From NCBI GenBank assembly GCA_900617105.1, contig UYFQ01000001.1:806001-870000 (forward strand): 64,000 nucleotides of DNA, read 5' to 3'. Source of the DNA: Hydrurus foetidus. Its lineage: Eukaryota. This document shows positions 18,971 to 28,346 of the stretch, one piece after another. The translations under genes and the position numbers were made by a program. Each line of letters opens with the position of its first letter. Position 1 is the stretch's first letter. Under the pieces are notes generated by a model, which worked only from the letters and a program-made list of their open reading frames with translations, did not search any database and was not told the origin of the DNA.

Positions 18971-19931
18971 CACCACGCGCAGAATGCTTCTTTGCGGCAT
19001 CGGGGGCGTGGTGCTGTCATCCGGTGCTCTCCATAGCGCCCCCTTAGTGATTGAAGGCCATGACGGTTGGTTGTTTCCGATTTGGGAAACCCATTCGGAC
19101 ATTAACAAACTGGGCATCGATGCCCACGTCGCCGCTATCGTCTTCCTTAAAGAACAATTGGCCACACGGAAAATTGTGCTGATGACCATGGTTATTCCGA
19201 TGAAGGCCTCGTTTTACCCGGATCGCCTGCCCGCAGCAAAGCCAGTCAGTGCCGAAGTCATGCAGCGTTATGCCTACGTGCTTGCCAAATTACAGGCTGC
19301 TGGAATTCCAACATTTGACGATTTGAACGTGCTCCGTGGCATGGAGAAAGCCCCCGTCACAGCCTTTTTTCGAACTGATTACCACTGGACAGCGCAGGGG
19401 GCAGAGGTATCGGCGGATGCTGCAGCGGAGTTGATCCGCAAAGAAGTTCGTTTTGAGACGGCCCCTGCTGGTGGGAGCAAATTGGGAGAATGGGTCAATG
19501 TGCGGCGCTACGGCGATTTAGCCACCCGTTTCATGACTGCGGAACAACGAACGGTACTGGGTCGGGATGTGTTCAGTGTTCGCGCCCCACCCAAAGAAAA
19601 GCAATCCTTATTGGACGATGAGCCGGCTGAGATCCATGTTGTGGGCAACAGTTTTGTTCAACCTTATTTGGGGTTTCCTCAGAAACTTTCGCAAAACCTC
19701 AATAGACCTGTTTCTTTGACCTGGAAGCCTGGCAATGTGGGGCCTTGGGCGACGGTGTTGCAGTACCTGGAGTCAGACGACTACGTTCAAACTAAGCCTC
19801 GTGTGGTCTTTTTGCAGTTGAATGAACCCCGCATGTATGCAGGCCCCGATGCGAAAGATGCTTGGGATGCTGAATCCATCATGAGCTATGAAGCTTGGCG
19901 CAACCGTGTCAAAGCTGCGGTGGCCAAATAA
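18957..19931 (+). CDS. AlgJ/AlgX-like SGNH O-acetyltransferase
   Basis: RR (Tat-like) signal; VIEGHDGWLF, IP.KASFYPDRLP, FFRTDYHWT..GA (DxHW) and VVGNSF (catalytic Ser). Confidence 0.8.
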   Translation: MLLSNTTRRMLLCGIGGVVLSSGALHSAPLVIEGHDGWLFPIWETHSDINKLGIDAHVAAIVFLKEQLATRKIVLMTMVIPMKASFYPDRLPAAKPVSAEVMQRYAYVLAKLQAAGIPTFDDLNVLRGMEKAPVTAFFRTDYHWTAQGAEVSADAAAELIRKEVRFETAPAGGSKLGEWVNVRRYGDLATRFMTAEQRTVLGRDVFSVRAPPKEKQSLLDDEPAEIHVVGNSFVQPYLGFPQKLSQNLNRPVSLTWKPGNVGPWATVLQYLESDDYVQTKPRVVFLQLNEPRMYAGPDAKDAWDAESIMSYEAWRNRVKAAVAK

Positions 19932-19958
19932 GCAGGTTGTGTGCGTGCAGGTCGCACC

Positions 19959-20837
19959 ATGAACTTCGCATTGAAGAGGTTACGGCGGGATGTCGCGTGG
20001 GGGCTTTTCCTGCTCGTGTTCTTTGGCCCTGCTTTTGGTGGCACGGCTGACCGTGCAGAAGTCTCTCCACTGGTGCAAGGCATCGTCTGGCAACCGGACA
20101 ACGCCACCATCAACCCGATAGGCCAGTGGCAGCGCTTGGGCGCACGCCAGCTGTTGGTGCAATGGACGGCTGTGGACAATCTGGCCTTTATCCCTGGCAC
20201 CGATCTTTACACCTTGCCTGTTTTACCGGACTGGAACCGCATCGCCGCAGAGCCTTGGGCCCAAGAGGTGATTGTGGGATTGGCTGGACGGTTTGACGAA
20301 AACCTCGCTCGTAACGACCTGCCTAAACTGGTGGACACCTCGATACAGTTGGCCTTACTTCCTATTCCGGTGAAGGTCGTCGGCTGGTACTTTCCCGTCG
20401 AAATTGACCCTACCTGGAGCCAAGTAACGCTATTGGCCAAGCAGTTAGACCGCCTGCCTCGCCCGCTGTGGATCAGTGTGTACGACAGCGCCAACTGGGG
20501 TGCCGAGACCCTGGCTGACTCGCTGTCGCAGTGGTTGCCACCTGACGTGGGTGTGTTTTTTCAGGATGGCGTAGGTGTTCATGCACGTACAGCAAAAGTC
20601 GCCTTGCACTATGCCGAAGTGCTGGTAGCCCGCTTTGGCAAGCACCGCGTGAAGCTTATCGCTGAAGCCTTCAGACCCCAGGTGGGCGGTGGTTTTCGCT
20701 CCGCCAGCGCCGAAGAGCTGTTACCGCAGTTGGCCATGTACAAAGGTCATTCGATTTACCTTTTCGACGGTCCGCACTATGTGCCAGACACGCTGATTGA
20801 CCAACTGGTGCAGGGGAAATCAGCGGCGGGCAAATAA
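19959..20837 (+). CDS. YbcH/DUF4434-like periplasmic TIM-barrel (putative glycoside hydrolase)
   Basis: QGIVWQPDN...LLVQWT, GWYFPVEID, PLWISVY and QDGVG resemble E. coli YbcH, which also follows nfrA. Confidence 0.65.
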   Translation: MNFALKRLRRDVAWGLFLLVFFGPAFGGTADRAEVSPLVQGIVWQPDNATINPIGQWQRLGARQLLVQWTAVDNLAFIPGTDLYTLPVLPDWNRIAAEPWAQEVIVGLAGRFDENLARNDLPKLVDTSIQLALLPIPVKVVGWYFPVEIDPTWSQVTLLAKQLDRLPRPLWISVYDSANWGAETLADSLSQWLPPDVGVFFQDGVGVHARTAKVALHYAEVLVARFGKHRVKLIAEAFRPQVGGGFRSASAEELLPQLAMYKGHSIYLFDGPHYVPDTLIDQLVQGKSAAGK

Positions 20838-20852
20838 ACTTGCAATCAACCG

Positions 20853-22022
20853 TTAGCGGTTGTGCTGGCTTGCCACCGCTGTAGCGGCTGAAAACTCGTT
20901 GACTTCTTGCCCCAGCAAGCTCGCGATGATGCGAGAACAGGCATGGCCGTCGCCATAGGGGTTGCACACCTGCGAAAACGAGCGCCACAGCACCGGGTCT
21001 TCAAACAGCGCCGTTACCGTGTCCACAATTTTGGCTTTGGACGTTCCCACCAAGCGCACCACACCCGCTGCCAAGGCTTCGGGGCGCTCGGTCACATCGC
21101 GCATCACCAGCACTGGCACACCCAGCGATGGCGCCTCTTCTTGCACGCCACCCGAGTCCGTCAGGATCACATGGGCACGCTGCATCATGCGGACAAAGGC
21201 CAGGTAGTCCAGCGGCTCGATCAGGTGGACGCGCGGTAACTTGCTCAGCGTGGCGTGAACCGGGCCTTGCACATTGGGGTTGAGGTGAACGGGGTAGACG
21301 ATCTCAATGTCGTCACGCTGCGCCAACGTCGCCAGCGCATCGCAAATCGCATCAAAACCACCGCCAAAATTCTCACGCCGATGGCCTGTGACCAGCAAAA
21401 TTTTGCGCTTGGGGTCAAGTGCTGGCAGTTTGGCATCCACAGAGGCCCGCAGTGCATCGTCCGTCGCCAAGCGATCGGCCATCATGCGCAGAGCGTCAAT
21501 CACCGTGTTGCCGGTGATGATGGTTTTGCCACCTAGATTTTCAGCCAACAGGTTGCGTTTGGATTCATCGGTAGGCGCAAACATCCAGTCGCTGACCACA
21601 TCCACCACGCGGCGGTTCATCTCTTCAGGCCAAGGCTGGCGCATGTTGCCTGTGCGCAAACCGGCTTCTACATGGCCCACAGGGATGCCCCGGTGGAAGG
21701 CGGCCAAGGCTGAAACCATCGCTGTGGTGGTATCTCCATGCACCAGCACGCGGTCGGGTTTAACAGCGTCCAGCACCGGGTCAAGGCGCTCTAGCAGCAG
21801 GCGGCTCAGTCCGTTCAGTGTCTGGTTGGCCGTCATCACTTCCAGGTCATGGTCGGCACGGATATCGAACAGCGCCATCACCTGCTCCAGCATGGTGCGA
21901 TGCTGGCCCGTGGTGCAGACTATTGAAGTGATGCCCGACGTGGTAGCAAGTTGTTTCACCAGCGGGGCCATTTTGATGGCCTCGGGACGGGTTCCAAAGA
22001 TGGTGAGGATTTTTTGTGTCAT
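20853..22022 (-). CDS. wecB: UDP-N-acetylglucosamine 2-epimerase (non-hydrolysing; NfrC in N4 genetics)
   Basis: IFGTRPEAIKMAP, VHGDTTT, HVEAGLRT, TGHRREN, TDSGGVQEEAP and NPYGDG motifs. Start corrected to MTQKILT. Confidence 0.95.
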   Translation of the reverse strand: MTQKILTIFGTRPEAIKMAPLVKQLATTSGITSIVCTTGQHRTMLEQVMALFDIRADHDLEVMTANQTLNGLSRLLLERLDPVLDAVKPDRVLVHGDTTTAMVSALAAFHRGIPVGHVEAGLRTGNMRQPWPEEMNRRVVDVVSDWMFAPTDESKRNLLAENLGGKTIITGNTVIDALRMMADRLATDDALRASVDAKLPALDPKRKILLVTGHRRENFGGGFDAICDALATLAQRDDIEIVYPVHLNPNVQGPVHATLSKLPRVHLIEPLDYLAFVRMMQRAHVILTDSGGVQEEAPSLGVPVLVMRDVTERPEALAAGVVRLVGTSKAKIVDTVTALFEDPVLWRSFSQVCNPYGDGHACSRIIASLLGQEVNEFSAATAVASQHNR

Positions 22023-22116
22023 CTTTGAATTATCAAGGGCAATTCCCCTGCACCGAGGAGGCCGTGATGCGCAATACTTCCACTTTCCTTCACTTCCATT
22101 GTCAGGAGCTTCTCCC

Positions 22117-23745
22117 ATGTTAGGTTTGATGCAAGACCAACCGTTGTTGATTTCCAATCTCATTGAATTTGCTGAGCGCCACCACGGCGATGGTGAAATC
22201 GTTTCGCGCCGCATCGAGGGCGATATTCACCGCTACACCTGGGCCGACGTGGCTCAGCGCTCGCGCCAAGTGGCCAATGCCCTGAGCCGCTTGAACTTGG
22301 CTTTCAGCGACCGTGTGGCCACGCTGGCATGGAACGGCTACCGGCATTTAGAGCTGTACTTTGGCGTCAGCGGCTCAGGTCTCGTGCTGCACACCATCAA
22401 CCCCCGCCTGCACCCTGACCAAGTGGCCTGGATCGCCAACCACGCCGAAGACCAAGTGCTGTGCTTTGACATCACCTTTTTGCCTATCGTTCAAGCCGTT
22501 CACAGCAAATGCACCACCATCAAGCATTGGATAGCACTGTGCGATGCCGATAAGCTGCCTGCTGACACCGGCATCCCGGGTTTGCGCAGCTACGAAGACT
22601 GGATGGACAAAGAACCCCGCACTTTCGAGTGGCCTGCTTTTGACGAAAACAGCGCTTCCAGCATGTGCTACACCAGCGGCACCACGGGCAACCCCAAGGC
22701 TGCGCTGTACAGCCACCGCTCCACCACGCTGCACGCCTACGCTGCTGCCTTGCCCGATGTGATGTGTATCTCAGCGCGCGACACCATCCTGCCTGTGGTG
22801 CCCATGTTCCACGTCAATGCCTGGGGCATCCCCTACAGCGCCGCTCTCACCGGTGCCAAGCTGGTGTTCCCCGGTGCTGCGATGGACGGTAAATCTATCT
22901 ACGAATTGATGGAAACTGAGCGCGTCAGCTATTCCGCTGGCGTACCTACCGTTTGGCAGATGCTGCTGACGCACCTGAAGACCCACGACTTGAAGTTTTC
23001 CACGCTCAAGCGCACCGTTATCGGCGGATCAGCTTGCCCCCCGGCGATGATCAACGCCTTCAATGACGACTACGGTGTCGAGGTGCTGCACGCCTGGGGC
23101 ATGACCGAAATGTCCCCCTTAGGAACGCTTTGTACCTTGAAAAATAAGCATCTCTTGCTCTCCAAAGAAGAGCAAATGAAGATTCTGCTCAAGCAAGGCC
23201 GTGCCATTTACGGCGTAGACATCAAAATCGTGGGCGACGATGGTATGGCGCTGCCGCACGATGGAAAAGCGTACGGTGATTTGCTGGTCAAAGGCCCATG
23301 GGTAGTGCGCGAATATTTCAAGAGCGAGGGTGCAAGCCCCTTGGTGAACGGCTGGTTCCCCACCGGTGACGTGGCCACCATCGATGCCGACGGCTATGTG
23401 CAAATCACCGACCGCTCCAAAGACGTGATCAAGTCCGGCGGCGAATGGATCAGCTCCATCGACATCGAAAACATCGCTATGGCCCACCCCGCCGTGCTAA
23501 TGGCCGCGTGTATCGGCATGTTCCACCCCAAGTGGGACGAGCGTCCCATCGTGGCCGTCGTCAAAAAGCCCGGGGCTGAAGTCTCACGAGAAGCCTTGAT
23601 CGCTTTTTTTGAAGGCAAAACCGCCAAATGGCAAATCCCCGATGACGTGGTTTTTGTCGACGCCATTCCCTTGGGGGCCACCGGCAAGATGCTCAAAACC
23701 CGGCTGCGTGAACTGTTGAAAGACTACAAGCTACCAGGGCTTTGA
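22117..23745 (+). CDS. Acyl-CoA ligase, 3-(methylthio)propionyl-CoA ligase (DmdB)/AlkK-like
   Basis: AGGAG RBS then MLGLMQDQPLLIS; YTSGTTGNPK, VPMFHVNAWG, WGMTE and DRSKDVIKSGGEWISS motifs. Confidence 0.9.
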   Translation: MLGLMQDQPLLISNLIEFAERHHGDGEIVSRRIEGDIHRYTWADVAQRSRQVANALSRLNLAFSDRVATLAWNGYRHLELYFGVSGSGLVLHTINPRLHPDQVAWIANHAEDQVLCFDITFLPIVQAVHSKCTTIKHWIALCDADKLPADTGIPGLRSYEDWMDKEPRTFEWPAFDENSASSMCYTSGTTGNPKAALYSHRSTTLHAYAAALPDVMCISARDTILPVVPMFHVNAWGIPYSAALTGAKLVFPGAAMDGKSIYELMETERVSYSAGVPTVWQMLLTHLKTHDLKFSTLKRTVIGGSACPPAMINAFNDDYGVEVLHAWGMTEMSPLGTLCTLKNKHLLLSKEEQMKILLKQGRAIYGVDIKIVGDDGMALPHDGKAYGDLLVKGPWVVREYFKSEGASPLVNGWFPTGDVATIDADGYVQITDRSKDVIKSGGEWISSIDIENIAMAHPAVLMAACIGMFHPKWDERPIVAVVKKPGAEVSREALIAFFEGKTAKWQIPDDVVFVDAIPLGATGKMLKTRLRELLKDYKLPGL

Positions 23746-23881
23746 GACTTTAAGCTGTGGAACAGCATGCCCTGCACCAGTCACCTCGGTGATAGTGGCT
23801 AGGGCATTCCCTGAGCTGTGTCCAGCACAAAGCCCGTAACCTTCGCTGGTCTGAATCTGCTTGATTACATGGAGACTTTTT

Positions 23882-25162
23882 ATGAAATTTGCAATGCGTC
23901 GCTCAACTGTTGGTGTTTTAATGGCCTGCTTGGCCGGTGTTACGTTCGCCCAAACGGCGGCTAAGGCCCCGGTCGCCAAAGCTGCTGCGGCTGGCCCTAT
24001 GGCCGGACAAACTGTCAAAATTGCGATGATTGAAGGACTCTCCGGCCCGTTCGCCAACGTGGGGCAAAACCAACTCAAAAGCTGGCAGTTCATTGCCCAG
24101 CGTTTGAGCGGTGCCAAGAACGCTGCGGGTGTGAATTTTGAAATCGTGGGCATGGACAGCAAAGGCTCGCCCCAAGAAGCACAAAACACGCTGAAAGCCG
24201 CTATTGACCAAGGTTTTCGCTACATCACCCAAGGTAACGGTTCTGGCGCTGCCCTGGCTTTGGCCGATGCGGTGCAAAAGCACAACGACCGAAATCCTGG
24301 AAAAGAGGTTGTCTACTTCAACTACGCAGCCGTTGATCCGGCGTTGACCAACGAAAAATGCTCATTTGCCCATTTCCGTTTGGATGCCGATACTTCCATG
24401 AAAATGGAAGCGTTGACCACCTTCATGAAAGACCAGCCCAAGGTGAGTAAGGTTTACCTGATTAACCAAAACTACTCGCATGGTCAGCAAGTTTCCAAAT
24501 TCTTCAAAGAAGGCCTTGCCCGCAAGCGCCCCGATGCCAGCATCGTTGGCGACGATTTGCACCCGCTGGGTCAGGTGAAAGATTTTGCCCCCTACGTGGC
24601 CAAAATCAAGCAGTCAGGTGCTGACACCATCGTCACCGGCAACTGGGGTCAAGACATGACCTTGCTTATCAAAGCTTTGAACGATGCCGGTCTGAAATTG
24701 CCTATTTATGCCTACTACGCGGGTGTCTCAGGCACCCCGAGTGCGTTGGCCGCCGGTGGTGATCTTGAGGTTTATCAAATCTCTTACAACCATTCCAACT
24801 ACCCTGGTGAGTTGGGCGCGATCATGAACGACTTCAAAGCGAAGTTTAACGATGATTTCTACACGTTCTCGATCTACAACGGCATCGTGATGTTGAGTGA
24901 AGGCATTGCCAAAGCTCAATCGATGGACCCTATCAAAGTTGCTGAAGCGATGGAAGATTTGACCTTCAAGGGTTTCAACGGTGAGTCCAAAATGCGCAAA
25001 TCGGATCACCAAATGCAGCAAGGCTTGTACATCTCCAAGTGGCAAAAAGTCGATGCTAAATACAAATACAGTGTCGAAAACACCGGCTACACCTTCGCAC
25101 CGGTGAAGTACATGGATGCCTACATTGCCAGCACGCCAACCAGCTGCCAGATGAAACGCTGA
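23882..25162 (+). CDS. Liv-type ABC transporter substrate-binding protein
   Basis: Signal peptide; GLSGPFANVG, KDFAPYVAKIK and MRKSDHQMQQ motifs; first gene of a Liv-type cassette. Confidence 0.85.
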   Translation: MKFAMRRSTVGVLMACLAGVTFAQTAAKAPVAKAAAAGPMAGQTVKIAMIEGLSGPFANVGQNQLKSWQFIAQRLSGAKNAAGVNFEIVGMDSKGSPQEAQNTLKAAIDQGFRYITQGNGSGAALALADAVQKHNDRNPGKEVVYFNYAAVDPALTNEKCSFAHFRLDADTSMKMEALTTFMKDQPKVSKVYLINQNYSHGQQVSKFFKEGLARKRPDASIVGDDLHPLGQVKDFAPYVAKIKQSGADTIVTGNWGQDMTLLIKALNDAGLKLPIYAYYAGVSGTPSALAAGGDLEVYQISYNHSNYPGELGAIMNDFKAKFNDDFYTFSIYNGIVMLSEGIAKAQSMDPIKVAEAMEDLTFKGFNGESKMRKSDHQMQQGLYISKWQKVDAKYKYSVENTGYTFAPVKYMDAYIASTPTSCQMKR

Positions 25163-25208
25163 GCGAAGCGCTCATTCTGATGTGGCGCACAAGCGCTGCA
25201 CCAGCGGT

Positions 25209-25248
25209 AACTGCCAGTGCGTCCTACCCTGCGCATGGCAGTTTTTTT
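25209..25248 (+). terminator. Terminator-like hairpin between binding protein and permease
   Basis: AACTGCCA...TGGCAGTT stem followed by a T run. Confidence 0.5.
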
Positions 25249-25285
25249 ATGTGCGAATGCTATTCAATAAAACCTTGGAGGCGCT

Positions 25286-26233
25286 ATGGAGTTTTTTACC
25301 ATTTCACTGCTGAACGGACTCAGCTACGGGCTGCTGCTGTTTATGCTCAGCTCGGGGCTGACGCTGATTTTTAGCATGATGGGCGTGCTGAATTTTGCCC
25401 ACGCCAGTTTTTATATGTTGGGGGCTTACGTGGCCTACAGCGTCACCCAACTCATCGGGTTTTGGCCCGCATTGATCGTCGCACCCTTGGTCGTCGGTGT
25501 GATCGGTGCTGGGTTCGAGCGCTTTTGCTTGCGCCGCGTTCACAAATTCGGCCATGTGCCGGAGCTGCTCATCACCTTTGGTTTGAGCTACATCTTGTTA
25601 GAGCTGGTGCAACTGGTGTGGGGCCGCAGCTCGGTGGACTACCGTGTACCCGCCGCTTTGGATGGCCCGTTGTTCACGCTCTTTGGCACCCAGTTTCCCA
25701 TGTACCGAGGCTTCATGATGCTGGTGGCGATACTGATGCTGATAGCCATTTGGTTGTTGCTCACCCGCACCCGCATTGGGCTGGTGATTCAAGCCGCGTT
25801 GACCCACCCCGAAACCGTGGAAGCGCTGGGCCATAACGTGCCCCGCGTTTTCATGCTGGTGTTTGGTGGGGGTTGTGCCTTGGCCGGATTGGCCGGTGTC
25901 ATTGGTGGCAACGCTTTTGTGACCGAGCCCGGCATGGCCGCCACGGTGGGGTCGGTGATCTTTGTCGTCGTCGTCGTAGGCGGGATGGGCTCACTGGCCG
26001 GTGCCTTCTTGGCATCCCTGCTGATTGGCATTGTTCAGACATTTGCCGTGGCCATTGACGGCTCGCTGCAAAGCGTGGTTTCCATGCTGGGTGCAACCGT
26101 CACGCCCGAAACGATGGGCTATGCACTGTTGAAACTCAAAGTCAGCCAAGTCGCCCCCATCATGCCGTACCTGTTTTTGGTACTTATTTTGATCTTCAGG
26201 CCCAAGGGCTTGTTGGGCACACGGGAAGGTTAA
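25286..26233 (+). CDS. Liv-type ABC permease (LivH-like)
   Basis: GLTLIFSMMGVLNFAH, VVVVGGMGSL.G and RPKGLLG motifs. Confidence 0.9.
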   Translation: MEFFTISLLNGLSYGLLLFMLSSGLTLIFSMMGVLNFAHASFYMLGAYVAYSVTQLIGFWPALIVAPLVVGVIGAGFERFCLRRVHKFGHVPELLITFGLSYILLELVQLVWGRSSVDYRVPAALDGPLFTLFGTQFPMYRGFMMLVAILMLIAIWLLLTRTRIGLVIQAALTHPETVEALGHNVPRVFMLVFGGGCALAGLAGVIGGNAFVTEPGMAATVGSVIFVVVVVGGMGSLAGAFLASLLIGIVQTFAVAIDGSLQSVVSMLGATVTPETMGYALLKLKVSQVAPIMPYLFLVLILIFRPKGLLGTREG

Positions 26234-26237
26234 CGCT

Positions 26238-27539
26238 ATGTCCTCACAAACTCAAACTTACCAATTCAAACCCATCAACCTCGGTCGCTGGGTGGTCTGG
26301 AGCCTGTTCGCTCTGGTGATTCTTGTTGCACCGCTGGTCTTTACCAGCAGTCTGAGCCACACCATGCTGTCGCAAATGGGTATCGCCATCATCGTTTGTC
26401 TCAGCTTCAACATGCTGCTGGGGCAGGGCGGCATGCTCAGTTTTGGCCATGCGGTGTACTCAGGCATGGGTTCTTTCTTGGCCATGCACTCACTCAATTT
26501 GGTGAGCAAGGGGCAGTTACCGATACCGGTTAGCCTGCTGCCCATCATCGGTGGCTTGGCCAGCATGTTGGTCGCTATCTTTTTGGGCTGGGTCACGACT
26601 AAAAAAGCCGCCACCCCCTTCGCCATGATCACGCTGGGTATCGGTGAGTTGGTCTGGGCCATGTCGCTGATGTTCCCCGAGTTCTTTGGGGGCGAAGGTG
26701 GCATTTCAGGCAACCGGGTGACGGGAGCTAAGCCCTTTGGCATTACCTTTGGGCCGCAAATCCAACTGTACTACCTGATTGGCATCTACACCTTTGTCTG
26801 CACAGGCCTGATGTTTGCCTTTACCCGCACCCCGTTGGGCCGGATGCTGAACGCCGTGCGTGACAACCCTGAGCGGGTGGAATTCGTCGGCTACGACACG
26901 CAAAAAGTGCGCTACATCGCCTTCATCATTGCAGCCTTTTTTGCCGGTATTTCTGGTGGTTTGGCTGCTCTGAATTTTGAAATCGTCACCTCCGAAGTGG
27001 TCAGCGGCTACCGCTCAGGGGCTTACTTGCTGTTTACCTTCTTAGGTGGTGCTACTTTCTTCTTTGGCCCCATCATTGGCGGCGTGTTGATGGTGCTGGC
27101 TTTTGTGATGCTGAGTGAATTCACCAAGGCGTGGCTGTTGTACCTGGGGCTGATCTTTTTGTTCATGGTGATGTACGCCCCCGGCGGTATTGCCAGTCTC
27201 ATCATGATGAACCTGCGGGTGGCTGCGTTTGGCAAACTCAAGCAACTCTGGGTCAGCTACATCGCGCTGGCTGTGACGGGTTTGATTGTGTTGCTGGGTG
27301 CTGCCTCCATGATCGAGATGGTCTACCACCTGCAATTGAATGCAGCCTTAGGCTCAGAGTTGAAGTTTTTGGGCATGTCGCTGGACGCCAAAGGCTTTAA
27401 CAGCTGGTTCGGCTCGGCCTTTGTGATGCTAACCGGTGTGGGTTTGTTTGAACTCTCACGCCGCCAGTTCGCTCGGGAGTGGGGCGCTATTCAAGAATTC
27501 ATCGAAAAAGAACTCAAACGCAAAGAGGCATCGGCATGA
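26238..27539 (+). CDS. Liv-type ABC permease (LivM-like)
   Basis: GQGGMLSFGHA, GGEGG and GRMLNAVRDNPER motifs. Confidence 0.9.
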   Translation: MSSQTQTYQFKPINLGRWVVWSLFALVILVAPLVFTSSLSHTMLSQMGIAIIVCLSFNMLLGQGGMLSFGHAVYSGMGSFLAMHSLNLVSKGQLPIPVSLLPIIGGLASMLVAIFLGWVTTKKAATPFAMITLGIGELVWAMSLMFPEFFGGEGGISGNRVTGAKPFGITFGPQIQLYYLIGIYTFVCTGLMFAFTRTPLGRMLNAVRDNPERVEFVGYDTQKVRYIAFIIAAFFAGISGGLAALNFEIVTSEVVSGYRSGAYLLFTFLGGATFFFGPIIGGVLMVLAFVMLSEFTKAWLLYLGLIFLFMVMYAPGGIASLIMMNLRVAAFGKLKQLWVSYIALAVTGLIVLLGAASMIEMVYHLQLNAALGSELKFLGMSLDAKGFNSWFGSAFVMLTGVGLFELSRRQFAREWGAIQEFIEKELKRKEASA

Positions 27540-28345
27540 GCGCGGTAAGTAACCAAACCCCTTCCCCTGCGGGCACTGGCTATGCGCTAGAGCTTAAAGA
27601 TTTGCGTAAAAGCTTTGGCAAAACCGAGATCATTCGCGGTGCCAGCATCGCTATCACTGCGGGTGAGCGCATCGCCGTGATTGGCCCAAATGGTGCCGGT
27701 AAATCTACGCTGTTTAACCTCATCAGTGGCCGTCTTGAAGCGACCAGTGGCGATATTTTGCTCAACGGCCAGCGTATCAACGGCAAGCGACCTTTTGAGA
27801 TCAACCGCATGGGTTTGTCGCGCAGTTTTCAGATTACCAACATCTTCCCCAACCTCAGCGTGTTTGAAAACCTGCGCTGCGGGGTGTTGTGGAGTCTGGG
27901 CTACAAGTACACATTCTTTAAATTCTTGGCCAATTTGGACGATGCCAACGCCATGGCTGACAAGTTGATGGCGATGATCAAGCTCGACAAAAAGCGCGAT
28001 GTGCTGGCCATTAACCTCACCTACGCTGAGCAACGGGCACTTGAAATCGGTGTCACCATCGCCGGTGGAGCCAACGTGATTTTGCTCGACGAGCCCACAG
28101 CGGGCATGAGCAAAACCGAAACCAAGCGCTTCATCAGCCTCATCAAAGAGGTGACTGTGGGCAAAACGCTGCTGACTGTGGAGCATGACATGGGTGTGGT
28201 TTTCGGCTTGGCCGACAAAATTGCGGTGGTCGTTTATGGCGAGGTCATCGCCTTTGACACCCCGGATGCGGTACGTGCCAACGCGCGCGTGCAAGAGGCC
28301 TATTTAGGCTCTTCGGTGGCAGACGCACAAGCAGGAGGGCATTGA
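27536..28345 (+). CDS. ABC ATP-binding protein (LivG-like)
   Basis: GPNGAGKST, LLDEPTAG and VEHDM motifs; ATGA overlap with the permease. Confidence 0.92.
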   Translation: MSAVSNQTPSPAGTGYALELKDLRKSFGKTEIIRGASIAITAGERIAVIGPNGAGKSTLFNLISGRLEATSGDILLNGQRINGKRPFEINRMGLSRSFQITNIFPNLSVFENLRCGVLWSLGYKYTFFKFLANLDDANAMADKLMAMIKLDKKRDVLAINLTYAEQRALEIGVTIAGGANVILLDEPTAGMSKTETKRFISLIKEVTVGKTLLTVEHDMGVVFGLADKIAVVVYGEVIAFDTPDAVRANARVQEAYLGSSVADAQAGGH

Positions 28346-28346
28346 G

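Noticed and set aside
21307..22116. 812-aa ORF suggesting a long N-terminal extension on the acyl-CoA ligase
   Set aside because: The extension is the antisense shadow of wecB; the real start is 22117 with an AGGAG RBS.
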